NCBI GenBank assembly: GCA_038886535.1
Contig: JAVZXS010000001.1
Coordinates: 96,001-160,000 of the forward strand
Length of the DNA stretch: 64,000 nucleotides
DNA from: Candidatus Micrarchaeia archaeon
GTDB taxonomy: Archaea; Micrarchaeota; Micrarchaeia; CABMEP01
Direction: 5' to 3'
Below, piece after piece: positions 19,242-28,883 of the stretch. The notes beneath the pieces are model-generated. The model saw only the letters and a list, made by a program, of their open reading frames with translations, was not told where the DNA came from and did no database searches. The position numbers were made by a program, and so were the translations under genes. Numbering within the stretch: the first letter of the stretch is position 1; each line of letters starts with the position of its first letter.

Positions 19242-20169
19242 TATTCTTAAAAAGCTGTATATGATTAGATACTTTGAAGAAAAAGTTGCTGAATTGCATA
19301 AAGAAGGAATTGTTAACGGAACAGATCATTTCAGTACAGGTCAAGAAGCTATTCCAATAGGAGTTTGTTCACACTTAAGGAAAAGTGATATAGTTACATG
19401 CGGACACAGAGTATATCACATCGCACTGAGTTGTGGGTTGAAACCAGAAAAAATTTTTGCAGAACTACTTGGAAAAACAACAGGATATAATAAAGGATAT
19501 GCGGGAGCGATGCATTTTTCATCAAAAAGTGAAGGCTTTTGGGGAGCTAACGGAATAGTAAGTGCTAATGTAGCTATTTCTAGTGGTATAGCATTAAGTT
19601 TAAAGGTACAAAAAAGTAATTCTATTGTTGTAACATTTCTTGGAGATGGTGCTACAACACAAGGTATATTTCATGAAACTCTTAATATGGCCTCTCTTTG
19701 GAATTTACCAATACTTTTTGTTTGTGAAAACAACTATTGGGCTCAATCAACATCTATAAAAGAACATTCTGCCGTAATAGATCTTGCAAAGAAGGTAAAA
19801 GGAGCATATAATATAGAATCTTTAAGAGTAGATGGAACAGATATAAATAAAGTGATGAAGAGTAGCAAGATAGCAATAGATAAAGTTAGAAAAGGAAAAC
19901 CTGTGTTTATAGAATTTTTGACATACAGACAATGCGGACATTCAATAAATGATGTTGATAAATCATATTTCACAAAAGAATATATAAGAAAAGCAAAACT
20001 AAATGATCCAATAATAAAATATGAGAGATATCTTATTAAGAAGAAATTAATAACGAGAGAAAAAATTGAAGAGTTAAAGAAGGAAATAAAGGAGCAGCTT
20101 GAAAAAGATCTAATTGCAGCTAAAAATGCTAGATTGACCGAATTAAATGAAATAGAGGTTTTTAAATGA
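19234..20169 (+). CDS. TPP-dependent 2-oxoacid/acetoin dehydrogenase E1 alpha
   Basis: GQEA, HR..H, GDGATTQG...VCENN TPP motif, TYR..GHS. Confidence 0.92.
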   Translation: MDNILKKLYMIRYFEEKVAELHKEGIVNGTDHFSTGQEAIPIGVCSHLRKSDIVTCGHRVYHIALSCGLKPEKIFAELLGKTTGYNKGYAGAMHFSSKSEGFWGANGIVSANVAISSGIALSLKVQKSNSIVVTFLGDGATTQGIFHETLNMASLWNLPILFVCENNYWAQSTSIKEHSAVIDLAKKVKGAYNIESLRVDGTDINKVMKSSKIAIDKVRKGKPVFIEFLTYRQCGHSINDVDKSYFTKEYIRKAKLNDPIIKYERYLIKKKLITREKIEELKKEIKEQLEKDLIAAKNARLTELNEIEVFK

Positions 20170-21086
20170 AATATATCGATGCGATTAGAAATGTAATAAT
20201 AAATGAAATGGAAAATAATGAAAAGATAATTGTCATGGGACAAGATATTAGAGAGTGGGGAGGTTCCTCTGGGCTATTTAAAGGCCTAGATAAAAGGTTT
20301 AAAGGTAGAATAATAAACACACCTATTTCAGAAGCAGCAACCGTAGGTATAGGAATCGGGGCAGCAATGAACGGAATGAGACCAATAATAGAATTTACTT
20401 TCTTTGATTTTCTACTTTGTGCAGCCGATCCTATAATCAACCATGCTGCAAAAATAAAAGCTCTTTCTAATGGAGATTTTAATGTTCCTTTAATTATAAG
20501 AGGAGTTCTATCATCTCATAGAGGTTATGGTGCAACTCATTCGCAAAATTTAGAATATATCTTCATGTGTCCAGGACTTAATGTTGTATATCCTTCAAAT
20601 CCAGATGATGCAGCAGGGCTTATGAGATATGCACTAAATCAGAGTGATCCTGTTTTATTCATCGAGCATAAACTTTTGCACAACATGGAAGGAGGGGTTA
20701 CATCAGAATCAGTACCATTTGGAAAGGCTAAGATAAGGCAGAAAGGTAAGAATCTGGGGATTATTACATATGGAAGATTAGTTCCAATTGTAGAAAGAAT
20801 AATTAAAGATATGGATGTTGAATTGCTTGACTTAAGGTCATTAAATCCTTTAGATAAAGAATCGATAATTGCAATTAGTAGAAAAACAGAAAAAATTCTT
20901 ATAATAGAAGATGGTATCGGATTTGTTGCATCTAAAGTTGCAGCTATAGTGCATGAAAACTCAAACGCAAAGGTAAAAATAATGCATGCAAAAGAGTTTC
21001 CAATTCCTGCTGCCAAAAATTTGGAAAATTATGTTTTACTTACAGATGACAAAATTACAGAAGTAATAACCTCTTTTATTAAATGA
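20166..21086 (+). CDS. TPP-dependent dehydrogenase E1 beta
   Basis: GQDI, NTPISE, GMRPIIE, GATHSQ, DPVLFIEHK, DLRSLNPLD; ATGA overlap with alpha. Confidence 0.92.
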   Translation: MKYIDAIRNVIINEMENNEKIIVMGQDIREWGGSSGLFKGLDKRFKGRIINTPISEAATVGIGIGAAMNGMRPIIEFTFFDFLLCAADPIINHAAKIKALSNGDFNVPLIIRGVLSSHRGYGATHSQNLEYIFMCPGLNVVYPSNPDDAAGLMRYALNQSDPVLFIEHKLLHNMEGGVTSESVPFGKAKIRQKGKNLGIITYGRLVPIVERIIKDMDVELLDLRSLNPLDKESIIAISRKTEKILIIEDGIGFVASKVAAIVHENSNAKVKIMHAKEFPIPAAKNLENYVLLTDDKITEVITSFIK

Positions 21087-21171
21087 GATATTGAATCATA
21101 AAATATAAATACTATTTTTACTTAATTTTATATTATTATCTGCTATTTGATAGTAGTTTATTAGTGATATT

Positions 21172-21927
21172 ATGGCAGAGATAACTGTTATCGTTGTTGG
21201 AAACATAGGTTCTGGAAAATCTACGTTTCTGAAAACTTTAGAAGAGAAGAAAACAGGCTTTAGACTTCTTCCTCTTTTAAGCATGCCTGGAGAGATAAAA
21301 GTAGAAAAAGAATCTCCAGAAGTTTTAGAAATTGTTGACAAGAAGTTCTATCCTGCACTAAGAGAAAAGAATAAGGACATGCTGTTTGTTGCAGAGTTAG
21401 ATATATTAAAGGCAAGGATAAGGCAGATGCAGGCAAACATGAGACAAGGAGGAATAGTTTTCAACGAGAGATGTCCTTATGAAGATAGATATGTATTCGT
21501 CGCAAACCTAAATCAATCCGGCCTTCTATCAAAGGAACATTATGAGATATACAAAAGAGAATATGAATATAGCATGAGATCAGTATCCCCTCCTGATTTA
21601 TTAATTTATCTTTATACTAAACCAGAGACTGCATTTAAAAGAAGAATGGATGAGATAAGGAGAGGGTCAGGTGGCCTACCAAGTGAATCTGGATTGACAT
21701 TGGATTACATAAGACAGCTGCATACTTACTATGAGAACATGATAAATGAAGAAATTCCGAAAGAGATTCCAAATTACAGGGATGTTATTTTAATAATCGA
21801 TGCAGATAGGGACTTTAGCCCTAAAGATCTGATTCGTTTCCATAACTATATAGAAGAGAGAGCACATAGACTTCTTATGAAAAGAGGATTTTATAGCAAT
21901 TCAAAATCAATATACAGACAAAAATGA
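21172..21927 (+). CDS. deoxynucleoside kinase family protein, paralogue 1
   Basis: GNIGSGKST P-loop, ERCPYED..VF, PDLLIYL, E.GL.LDY..QL. Confidence 0.85.
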   Translation: MAEITVIVVGNIGSGKSTFLKTLEEKKTGFRLLPLLSMPGEIKVEKESPEVLEIVDKKFYPALREKNKDMLFVAELDILKARIRQMQANMRQGGIVFNERCPYEDRYVFVANLNQSGLLSKEHYEIYKREYEYSMRSVSPPDLLIYLYTKPETAFKRRMDEIRRGSGGLPSESGLTLDYIRQLHTYYENMINEEIPKEIPNYRDVILIIDADRDFSPKDLIRFHNYIEERAHRLLMKRGFYSNSKSIYRQK

Positions 21928-21951
21928 TCATATATATTGGAGTGTGTTGTA

Positions 21952-22695
21952 ATGGCAGAAGTAATAATTGGTGTGATGGGAGGAATTGGAATAGGAAAAT
22001 CTGAGTTCATTAAGTCAATGAAAAAAAGAAGATTCAGCTCGCAACTCCCATCAATGCTAGTAACTCCTGGCGAATTGAAAGTATATGAAGAATCAAAGCA
22101 GGTCAAAGACATTGCAGCTTCTGTTTTTTATCCTGCACTAAAGAGAAATGATAAATATACTTGCTTTGCTGCAGAGATAGCTATGCTCAGCGCAAGAGTA
22201 GAACAGATGCTTCAGGCATCAAAAGAAAACGGAATAGTTCTTGTTGAAAGAATTCCAGAAGAAAATAGATTCGTTTTTTTCGAGAACGACTATAAATCAG
22301 GAATATTCGGTGATCCAAATAGTAAGATTGCAAAATCATTCTACCAAAGTTATTCTGCTACTTATCAATATCTAAAAAATAAAATTCCACCTGTAAATGT
22401 TTTTGTATATCTAGATGTTAAACCAGAAATTGCACTAAAAAGAATAAAAGAAAGAGGAAGGAAATCAGAGAGAGGCATTGATATCACTTATTTAAGAAAT
22501 CTATATTCTCTTTATCAAAGATTGATTGATGAAATCCTACCTGAAATTGTTCCAATGTATGGGCAGAGGTTATTAAGAATAGATGCAAATAATGATATGA
22601 GCGATGAGGATTTGAAGAGATTCCATCTTCAGATAGAAGAAAGAATAATTAAGTCATTGCAACTACAAGGGTGGAGGCTAAAAAACCGAGAGTAA
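21952..22695 (+). CDS. deoxynucleoside kinase family protein, paralogue 2
   Basis: GGIGIGKS P-loop, ERIPEEN..VF, VYLDV.PE.ALKRIKERGRKSE lid. Confidence 0.85.
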   Translation: MAEVIIGVMGGIGIGKSEFIKSMKKRRFSSQLPSMLVTPGELKVYEESKQVKDIAASVFYPALKRNDKYTCFAAEIAMLSARVEQMLQASKENGIVLVERIPEENRFVFFENDYKSGIFGDPNSKIAKSFYQSYSATYQYLKNKIPPVNVFVYLDVKPEIALKRIKERGRKSERGIDITYLRNLYSLYQRLIDEILPEIVPMYGQRLLRIDANNDMSDEDLKRFHLQIEERIIKSLQLQGWRLKNRE

Positions 22696-22799
22696 ATAAT
22701 GCCGAATATAACGAACATAAGAAAAACAGCAAAATAAATTAATAGCAGAATGGCTTCAAATAATTTATATTCTTTTTGTAGATTATCTAATTGGTTTTT

Positions 22800-23570
22800 A
22801 TGGCATTTCTTCATATCGCTATAGAGGGAATATCTGGAAGTGGAAAAACAGACTTAGGATCTCTTTTAGAAAAACCCCCACTTGTATTCTCATTTACAAG
22901 AGGAATTGAATTTCCAGGAGGAGTACCAGAAGTTAAATTTTTTAGGGAAAGAGCGGATCAAAATCCTTTCTTGAAGGATTTTTATGAAAGCGGCATGAAA
23001 GAATCTTTTGCTTATGCTTCTCAGATGTTTTATCTAAATGCAAGATTTGTGACAAATATGAATATTAAGTCATATCCAGGTATAGCTCTTGAAGACAGGT
23101 CAATTTATGGAGATTTTTTATTTGCTAAGAATCTTTATGAAATGGGAAAATTAAGCAAAGAAGCATTTAATGAGTATTGCAGACACAGAGACTCAATAAT
23201 GAAAATATATGGAATTAAAGAGCCAGATGGAATAATATTTTTAGACATAAATGTAGATACTTGCTTAAACGAAAGGCTAAAAAAGAGAAAGACTGGAGAA
23301 GCATTGGATTATGAATATTGGGGAAGATTAATAAACGAATATAGACAGGAATTTCGTAGTCTTTCAGAAAAGATACCTACAATATGGATAGATGCAAATA
23401 CTGATTTCCTTAAGAATGAGAACTATGTTAGAAATGTCACAAGAAAGGCGAATAATCTCCTCAAGAGGATAATAGAAAAAAGAAAGAGAGAACAGAGTAT
23501 AGTGCAGGAAAAGCTTCCATTAGATATTAAAAAGCCTATTTCTACAGCAGTTCAGAAGCCACTTCTCTGA
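22800..23570 (+). CDS. deoxynucleoside kinase family protein, paralogue 3 (most canonical)
   Basis: IAIEGISGSGKT, NPFLKDFY, ASQMFYLNARF, EDRSIYGD, PDGIIFLD. Confidence 0.88.
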   Translation: MAFLHIAIEGISGSGKTDLGSLLEKPPLVFSFTRGIEFPGGVPEVKFFRERADQNPFLKDFYESGMKESFAYASQMFYLNARFVTNMNIKSYPGIALEDRSIYGDFLFAKNLYEMGKLSKEAFNEYCRHRDSIMKIYGIKEPDGIIFLDINVDTCLNERLKKRKTGEALDYEYWGRLINEYRQEFRSLSEKIPTIWIDANTDFLKNENYVRNVTRKANNLLKRIIEKRKREQSIVQEKLPLDIKKPISTAVQKPLL

Positions 23571-23632
23571 TTTATAATAAAAAACATATTAAATTAATCG
23601 CTTTTATCTATCGGTTTTCTTTTTATATTCTT

Positions 23633-24847
23633 TTATAAAGCCTGTGCTATAATCAAATATGCCAAAAGCAAAACAGTTGCCAAAAATGAATATTTCAAAG
23701 TCTTTTTACCTACCTCTCTATTCAGCAAGAATGCGGCTGCTGTAGATGTTGCAAAGCTTCCAATTATCGCTGCTGCTATTGAGAGAAGGAGCTCTTTTTG
23801 ACTTATAGCAGTATATACACTTCCCAAGGAAAGCATAGTATATCCACTGCTTATTGTTGAAGCAATGAATGAAACGATTGGTAGAAATTGAGGGAAGTTC
23901 TGTGCGCTTAATTGGAACAAGATCAATGCAGCTATCAAGAAAAGAGTTGCATATACACTGTTTATTACAGTTATTGGTTTTTCTATAGTGTATTTTTTCT
24001 TTTTAGACGTTCTTTCCTTTAAAACAAGCAAAATAAGCATGCCAGCTATAAGAGCGAACAAGGGAAGAACTTTATCTATCATGTCATTCATCACTATCAC
24101 TACCAGCAGACTATTTCTAAGGATACTTCCAAGCATTGCAGCGATTACACCTTCGCTACTTATTCCCTGCTTTGTTTTATTTAATTGGTAGATAGAATAA
24201 GTTGAGTTTATTATTCCTCCAATAAAACCAGTTACAGTTATATTTTCTCTTCTAAAGATCCTGTAAGCTAAGAATGCAAATAAATTCAATAGTGTTACAA
24301 TCAGAAGGAATGCAAACACTAGAAATAGATCCAAACTTATTCCATAGATCTCAATAGGTTTTGGTGGTAATATTGGAAAGAGGATAAAAAGTATTATTCC
24401 TATCTGGATTAACTCACTTATTTCTTCATCTGTCAAAAGTTCAGCCGTTTTTTCTAATTTTTTTCCAATAGCAAGCGTTCCAACAATTAAAAAAGCAGCT
24501 GCAGTAGCTTCCCATACAAGTCCGCTTCCCACCATCAAACCAGAAAGAAAAAGAATTGGCATTAGATAAGAACTGATTTTGTCTGTTCCATTTTTCTTTT
24601 CTGCATTTTTTAGCAAATCATATGTGAGGGCAAGCACCATTATAAATCCAAGCATTGGAAAGAACTCAGCGAACGGAATTTCAAAGAGAATAGACATTGC
24701 ACTTATACAGCCAAAAATAGCTGAGAAAGAAAACATCTTTATATCTATTTGGTTTTTTGTTGTTCTCTTTCTTTCTAATCCAATTAGAGCTCCAATTGCA
24801 GCTGCAATGATTAACCTTGCTATTGCTTCATAAGTGGTTATAAGCAT
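23633..24847 (-). CDS. MgtC/SapB-family (DUF4010-like) membrane protein
   Basis: AAIGALIGLER, LFPILP, GFIGG.INST; many TM helices. Confidence 0.75.
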   Translation of the reverse strand: MLITTYEAIARLIIAAAIGALIGLERKRTTKNQIDIKMFSFSAIFGCISAMSILFEIPFAEFFPMLGFIMVLALTYDLLKNAEKKNGTDKISSYLMPILFLSGLMVGSGLVWEATAAAFLIVGTLAIGKKLEKTAELLTDEEISELIQIGIILFILFPILPPKPIEIYGISLDLFLVFAFLLIVTLLNLFAFLAYRIFRRENITVTGFIGGIINSTYSIYQLNKTKQGISSEGVIAAMLGSILRNSLLVVIVMNDMIDKVLPLFALIAGMLILLVLKERTSKKKKYTIEKPITVINSVYATLFLIAALILFQLSAQNFPQFLPIVSFIASTISSGYTMLSLGSVYTAISQKELLLSIAAAIIGSFATSTAAAFLLNREVGKKTLKYSFLATVLLLAYLIIAQAL

Positions 24848-24870
24848 CCAATCTGCCTCTTAAACATCTA

Positions 24871-25626
24871 TCATTTTTTGTTTATTCTTTTAACTATCTC
24901 TTGGCAAAGCTTCTTTGGATCGTCACTATTTTCTAATATTGTTCCAATTTGTATAATATCTGCGCCAGCATTAACAACATTTTCAGCTTCCTCAGGAGTT
25001 TTTATTCCACCTGCAATTATAAGTGGAATATTTATTGTCTTCTTTACCATCGATATCATTTCAAGGGGAACATGCCCTACTTTAGATGCTGATCCAACAT
25101 CCATAAGTATGAATTTTGATCCAAGATATTCACCAGCTAGCGCTAATGCAGCTCCTATCTTAGGTCTGTCACGAGGCACAAGATTAACATCTCCCACCCA
25201 ACCTACAGAACCACCTGGTTCAACAACAATATATCCAATGGATAATGGTTCTATTCCCATCTGTTTTATAACTGGGGACGCAAGCATCTGTGCCTGGCTT
25301 ATCCAATAAGGATTTCTGGAATTGAGAAGAGACATGAAATATACTGCATCTGCATATTTAGTTAGGGTTGCAATGTTTCCTGGGAACAATACAACAGGAA
25401 CCTTTACTTTTTCCTTAATCTTCTTTACAACCATATCTAGAAGCTCTCCTTGAACTCCTATTGAACCACCTACAAGTATCACTGCTGCCCCTCCTTCTGC
25501 TGCAGCAATAGCTGTTTTTATTGCATGTTCTATATCTTTATAATCCAGTGGATCTATCAATGCAAACAGAAGTTTCTCTTTTTTGTTTAATCTCTCTTTG
25601 ATGTATTTTTCAACTTCATATTTCAT
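24871..25626 (-). CDS. geranylgeranylglyceryl phosphate synthase
   Basis: LIDP, LVGGS, LFPGN, FMSLLNSRNPYWI, GYIVVEPG, AGGI. Confidence 0.92.
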   Translation of the reverse strand: MKYEVEKYIKERLNKKEKLLFALIDPLDYKDIEHAIKTAIAAAEGGAAVILVGGSIGVQGELLDMVVKKIKEKVKVPVVLFPGNIATLTKYADAVYFMSLLNSRNPYWISQAQMLASPVIKQMGIEPLSIGYIVVEPGGSVGWVGDVNLVPRDRPKIGAALALAGEYLGSKFILMDVGSASKVGHVPLEMISMVKKTINIPLIIAGGIKTPEEAENVVNAGADIIQIGTILENSDDPKKLCQEIVKRINKK

Positions 25627-26631
25627 TTAAATTACCTCCGATTCTTTATAATTCTCTTTTTCTAATTCATCTTTTTTTGCTTTTTCTATCTTATTAGTAT
25701 TTTTAGATTTATAAATGTCTACTATTTCTTTAATCCCCTGCATTAAAGGTATTACAGGTGTCCAACCAAGTGCCTTGCTTGCTCTTTCTGTATCAAAAAC
25801 CCTGTGAGAAGCTAATACATTTATGTCTTCGCTACTTATAGAAGAACCAATTGTAAAGATCTTTCCAATAATTGGCGGGATTCTCAATGGAGAATATTTC
25901 TTTCCAAGTAATTCTGCAACATAAGAATATATTCTTTCTTGAGTCATTGTTCTATTCTCCACTATGTTGAATGTTGCGTTGCTTATGTTTGATCTAGATG
26001 CAAGTATTATTGCCTCAGCAACATCTTCTGCATGTACAAATGGTATTACATTTTTTCCATCTCCAAAAATAGGCATCGTCCCTTTATCTATCATCTTTAC
26101 TACTCTTGCATATGTCTTGTAATATGTTTTGCCGTACATAACGCCAATTCTTAGAATTATGTAAGGAAATGAGCCATAGTAAGAATTAATAACTCTTTCA
26201 GCTTCCAGTTTTGATTTCGCATATAAATCAGTTGGATTTGTAGGGGTCTTTTCAGTTACAGGATTCTCTAAAGGCTTTTTTCCATATACTCCAGTTGTGC
26301 TTGCAAATATTAGTTTCTTGTTGAATTTTGCACATGCCTCTGCAACTGTTTTAGTTCCTTTTATATTCACCTTTTCGAGAATTTCCCAATTTCCACTGTA
26401 ATCTATAATTCCAGCAAGATGAACCACAACATCTGATTTCGCAACTCCTTTCTCTATCGCATTTCTATCATTTATATCTCCCACTATGATCTCCACATCC
26501 TTCATAGGTGGAAGTTTTCTTTTCTCTTCTTCATTTGCCACCAGCAATATCAAATTTTGATGTCGCTCATATAGCTTCTTTGTCAAAACAATTCCAAGCC
26601 TTCCACTTGCTCCAGTTATAAAATAATACAT
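25627..26631 (-). CDS. NAD-dependent epimerase/dehydratase (extended SDR)
   Basis: ITGASGRLG, HLAG, STTGVYG, YAKSK. Confidence 0.9.
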   Translation of the reverse strand: MYYFITGASGRLGIVLTKKLYERHQNLILLVANEEEKRKLPPMKDVEIIVGDINDRNAIEKGVAKSDVVVHLAGIIDYSGNWEILEKVNIKGTKTVAEACAKFNKKLIFASTTGVYGKKPLENPVTEKTPTNPTDLYAKSKLEAERVINSYYGSFPYIILRIGVMYGKTYYKTYARVVKMIDKGTMPIFGDGKNVIPFVHAEDVAEAIILASRSNISNATFNIVENRTMTQERIYSYVAELLGKKYSPLRIPPIIGKIFTIGSSISSEDINVLASHRVFDTERASKALGWTPVIPLMQGIKEIVDIYKSKNTNKIEKAKKDELEKENYKESEVI

Positions 26632-26759
26632 CTAATCACGCTAAATAAGCTTATAAGAAAACATTAATTATTTGATACTTAGATTTAATATCTTTTTCCT
26701 TCTATAATTCTAATAATAAACACAAAATCTCACTTATTTCAAGTTATAAAGATGATTAT

Positions 26760-28535
26760 ATGCCACTCAGACAACCAATAGTTTCAGTTTTAGGTCATGT
26801 AGATCACGGAAAAACGAGCATTCTTGATAGCATTCGTTCAACTACAATGGCATCAAGAGAAGCAGGGGCAATAACTCAGCATATAGGTGCAAGTGAGGTA
26901 CCCGTTTCTGTTATAAAGGAAAAATGCAGTCCTCTTTCAAAGTTCATGAAAATCAATCTTACTATTCCTGGATTACTTTTCATAGATACCCCAGGTCATG
27001 CTGCATTCACAAATCTAAGAAAAAGAGGGGGAAGTATAGCTGACATTGCAATACTTGTGGTAGATATAGCTCAAGGATTTCAACCACAGACAATAGAAGC
27101 GCTTGAGATATTAAAGGAGTATAAGACTCCATTCGTAGTGGCTGCAAACAAGATAGACTTGATAACTGGTTGGAGGACCAAAGAAAAGTCATGTTTTCTT
27201 GAATCTTTACCTTCTCAAAGATATGAAGTACAGAATGAATTAGATTCAAAGATTTATGAGCTAGTGGGAGAGCTTTCAAAGTTCAACATACAATCCGATA
27301 GATTTGATCGCATAACAGATTTTACTAAAACAGTAGCAATAGTACCAGTAAGTGCAAAAACGCAGGAAGGAATTCCAGAGCTTCTTATGATGATTTCAGG
27401 GCTTGCACAGAAATTTCTTGAATCACAACTTGAATCAAAATTTGGTCCTGGAAAGTGCAGCATAATGGAAGTAAAATTTGAGAAAGGTCTTGGAGTAACA
27501 GCAGACGTTATACTATATGAAGGAGTAATAAGAAAAGGAGATGAAATAATATTTGCAACAAAGAGCGGAATAAAAACAACAAAAATAAGAGGTCTTCTTA
27601 AGCCAAAACCTTTGATGGAGATGAGAGATGTCAAAGAGGCATCAGATAGATTTACTTATGTAGATGAAGTTTATGCAGCTTCTGGAATAAAGATATTTGC
27701 ACCAGATCTTGAAGATGCATTACCTGGTTCATCTCTTTATGTAGTCGGAAAGGATTCAGATCTAGGAAAAATAAAGGCTGAATTAGAAGAGGAGCTAAAA
27801 GAGATTCTCATAAAGACTGAAAATGTAGGAATGATAGTAAGAGCAGATACGCTTGGTTCTCTGGAGGCAATAATAAAACTTCTTGAATCCGACAAAACCA
27901 TAGAAGCAAAGATAAGGAAAGCCGATGTCGGTCCAGTTACTAAGGCCGATGTTCTCGAGGCATATTCTGTAAGGCAACAAGACAGATATTCAGGAGTCAT
28001 TCTTGCTTTTAACGTGTCTGTTGATCCTGAACTTGAAATAGAGTGTCAGCAGAAAGGAATCGGAATTATAAAGTCAAACATAATATATTCTCTTCTTGAT
28101 CAGCTCAAGCTTTGGAAAGAAGAAGAAAGAAAAAGAGAGCAGCAGGAGGCAGTTTCACAATATACATTTCCTGCTAAGATTAGATTTATACCTGGATATG
28201 CATTTAGGTCAAGCAAGCCTGCCATATTTGGAATAGAGGTTCTGATTGGAAGAATAAAGCAAGGAGATACATTGATAAAAGAAGATGGAACAGAGATAGG
28301 AACAATCAAGAGTATCCAGGTTGAAAAACAAAGCAAGACAGAACTTAAAGAAAAGGAACAGGCAGCAATTTCAATGGATGAGCCAACCATAGGAAGGCAT
28401 ATATTTGAAGGAGAAGTGTATTATACAAAGGTACCATTGAAAGATGCTCTTATTCTAAGAGATAAATACAAGTCACTATTGACAGGTCAGGAGCTAGATC
28501 TTTTGGATTTGATAATTAAGCTTACAAGAAAGTAA
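26760..28535 (+). CDS. infB: translation initiation factor aIF5B (IF-2)
   Basis: LRQPIVSVLGHVDHGKT, ITQHIGA, DTPGH, NKID, DTLGSLEA. Confidence 0.97.
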   Translation: MPLRQPIVSVLGHVDHGKTSILDSIRSTTMASREAGAITQHIGASEVPVSVIKEKCSPLSKFMKINLTIPGLLFIDTPGHAAFTNLRKRGGSIADIAILVVDIAQGFQPQTIEALEILKEYKTPFVVAANKIDLITGWRTKEKSCFLESLPSQRYEVQNELDSKIYELVGELSKFNIQSDRFDRITDFTKTVAIVPVSAKTQEGIPELLMMISGLAQKFLESQLESKFGPGKCSIMEVKFEKGLGVTADVILYEGVIRKGDEIIFATKSGIKTTKIRGLLKPKPLMEMRDVKEASDRFTYVDEVYAASGIKIFAPDLEDALPGSSLYVVGKDSDLGKIKAELEEELKEILIKTENVGMIVRADTLGSLEAIIKLLESDKTIEAKIRKADVGPVTKADVLEAYSVRQQDRYSGVILAFNVSVDPELEIECQQKGIGIIKSNIIYSLLDQLKLWKEEERKREQQEAVSQYTFPAKIRFIPGYAFRSSKPAIFGIEVLIGRIKQGDTLIKEDGTEIGTIKSIQVEKQSKTELKEKEQAAISMDEPTIGRHIFEGEVYYTKVPLKDALILRDKYKSLLTGQELDLLDLIIKLTRK

Positions 28536-28581
28536 TTCTTTAAACAGAAAGAATTAATATATTAAAAGACACCAAATAAAG

Positions 28582-28785
28582 TCATTCTACTACGAATGCA
28601 ACTTTACATACTATTCTATATTCTTCTATTTCTCCTTTTTTATTACAATGAACTTTTTGATCTACTATATGAATTCCAGTTATTCCTCTTATAGTTTTCG
28701 ATGCTCTTTTAACAACCTGTCTTAATGCATCATCGAACGATTTGTTTGATGTTCCGATCAATTCCACCACTTTCAATACAGCCAT
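28582..28785 (-). CDS. dodecin family protein
   Basis: KVVELIGTS.KSFDDA...ASKTIRGI...EYRI..KVAF. Confidence 0.9.
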   Translation of the reverse strand: MAVLKVVELIGTSNKSFDDALRQVVKRASKTIRGITGIHIVDQKVHCNKKGEIEEYRIVCKVAFVVE

Positions 28786-28883
28786 TCATTCACCCCGCTC
28801 ATACTGCAAATGCTTATTTAAACAACATTACAATAGTATTGCTTAAACGCTCAGTTATAAAAGTTTTGCGTATAAATATAATT

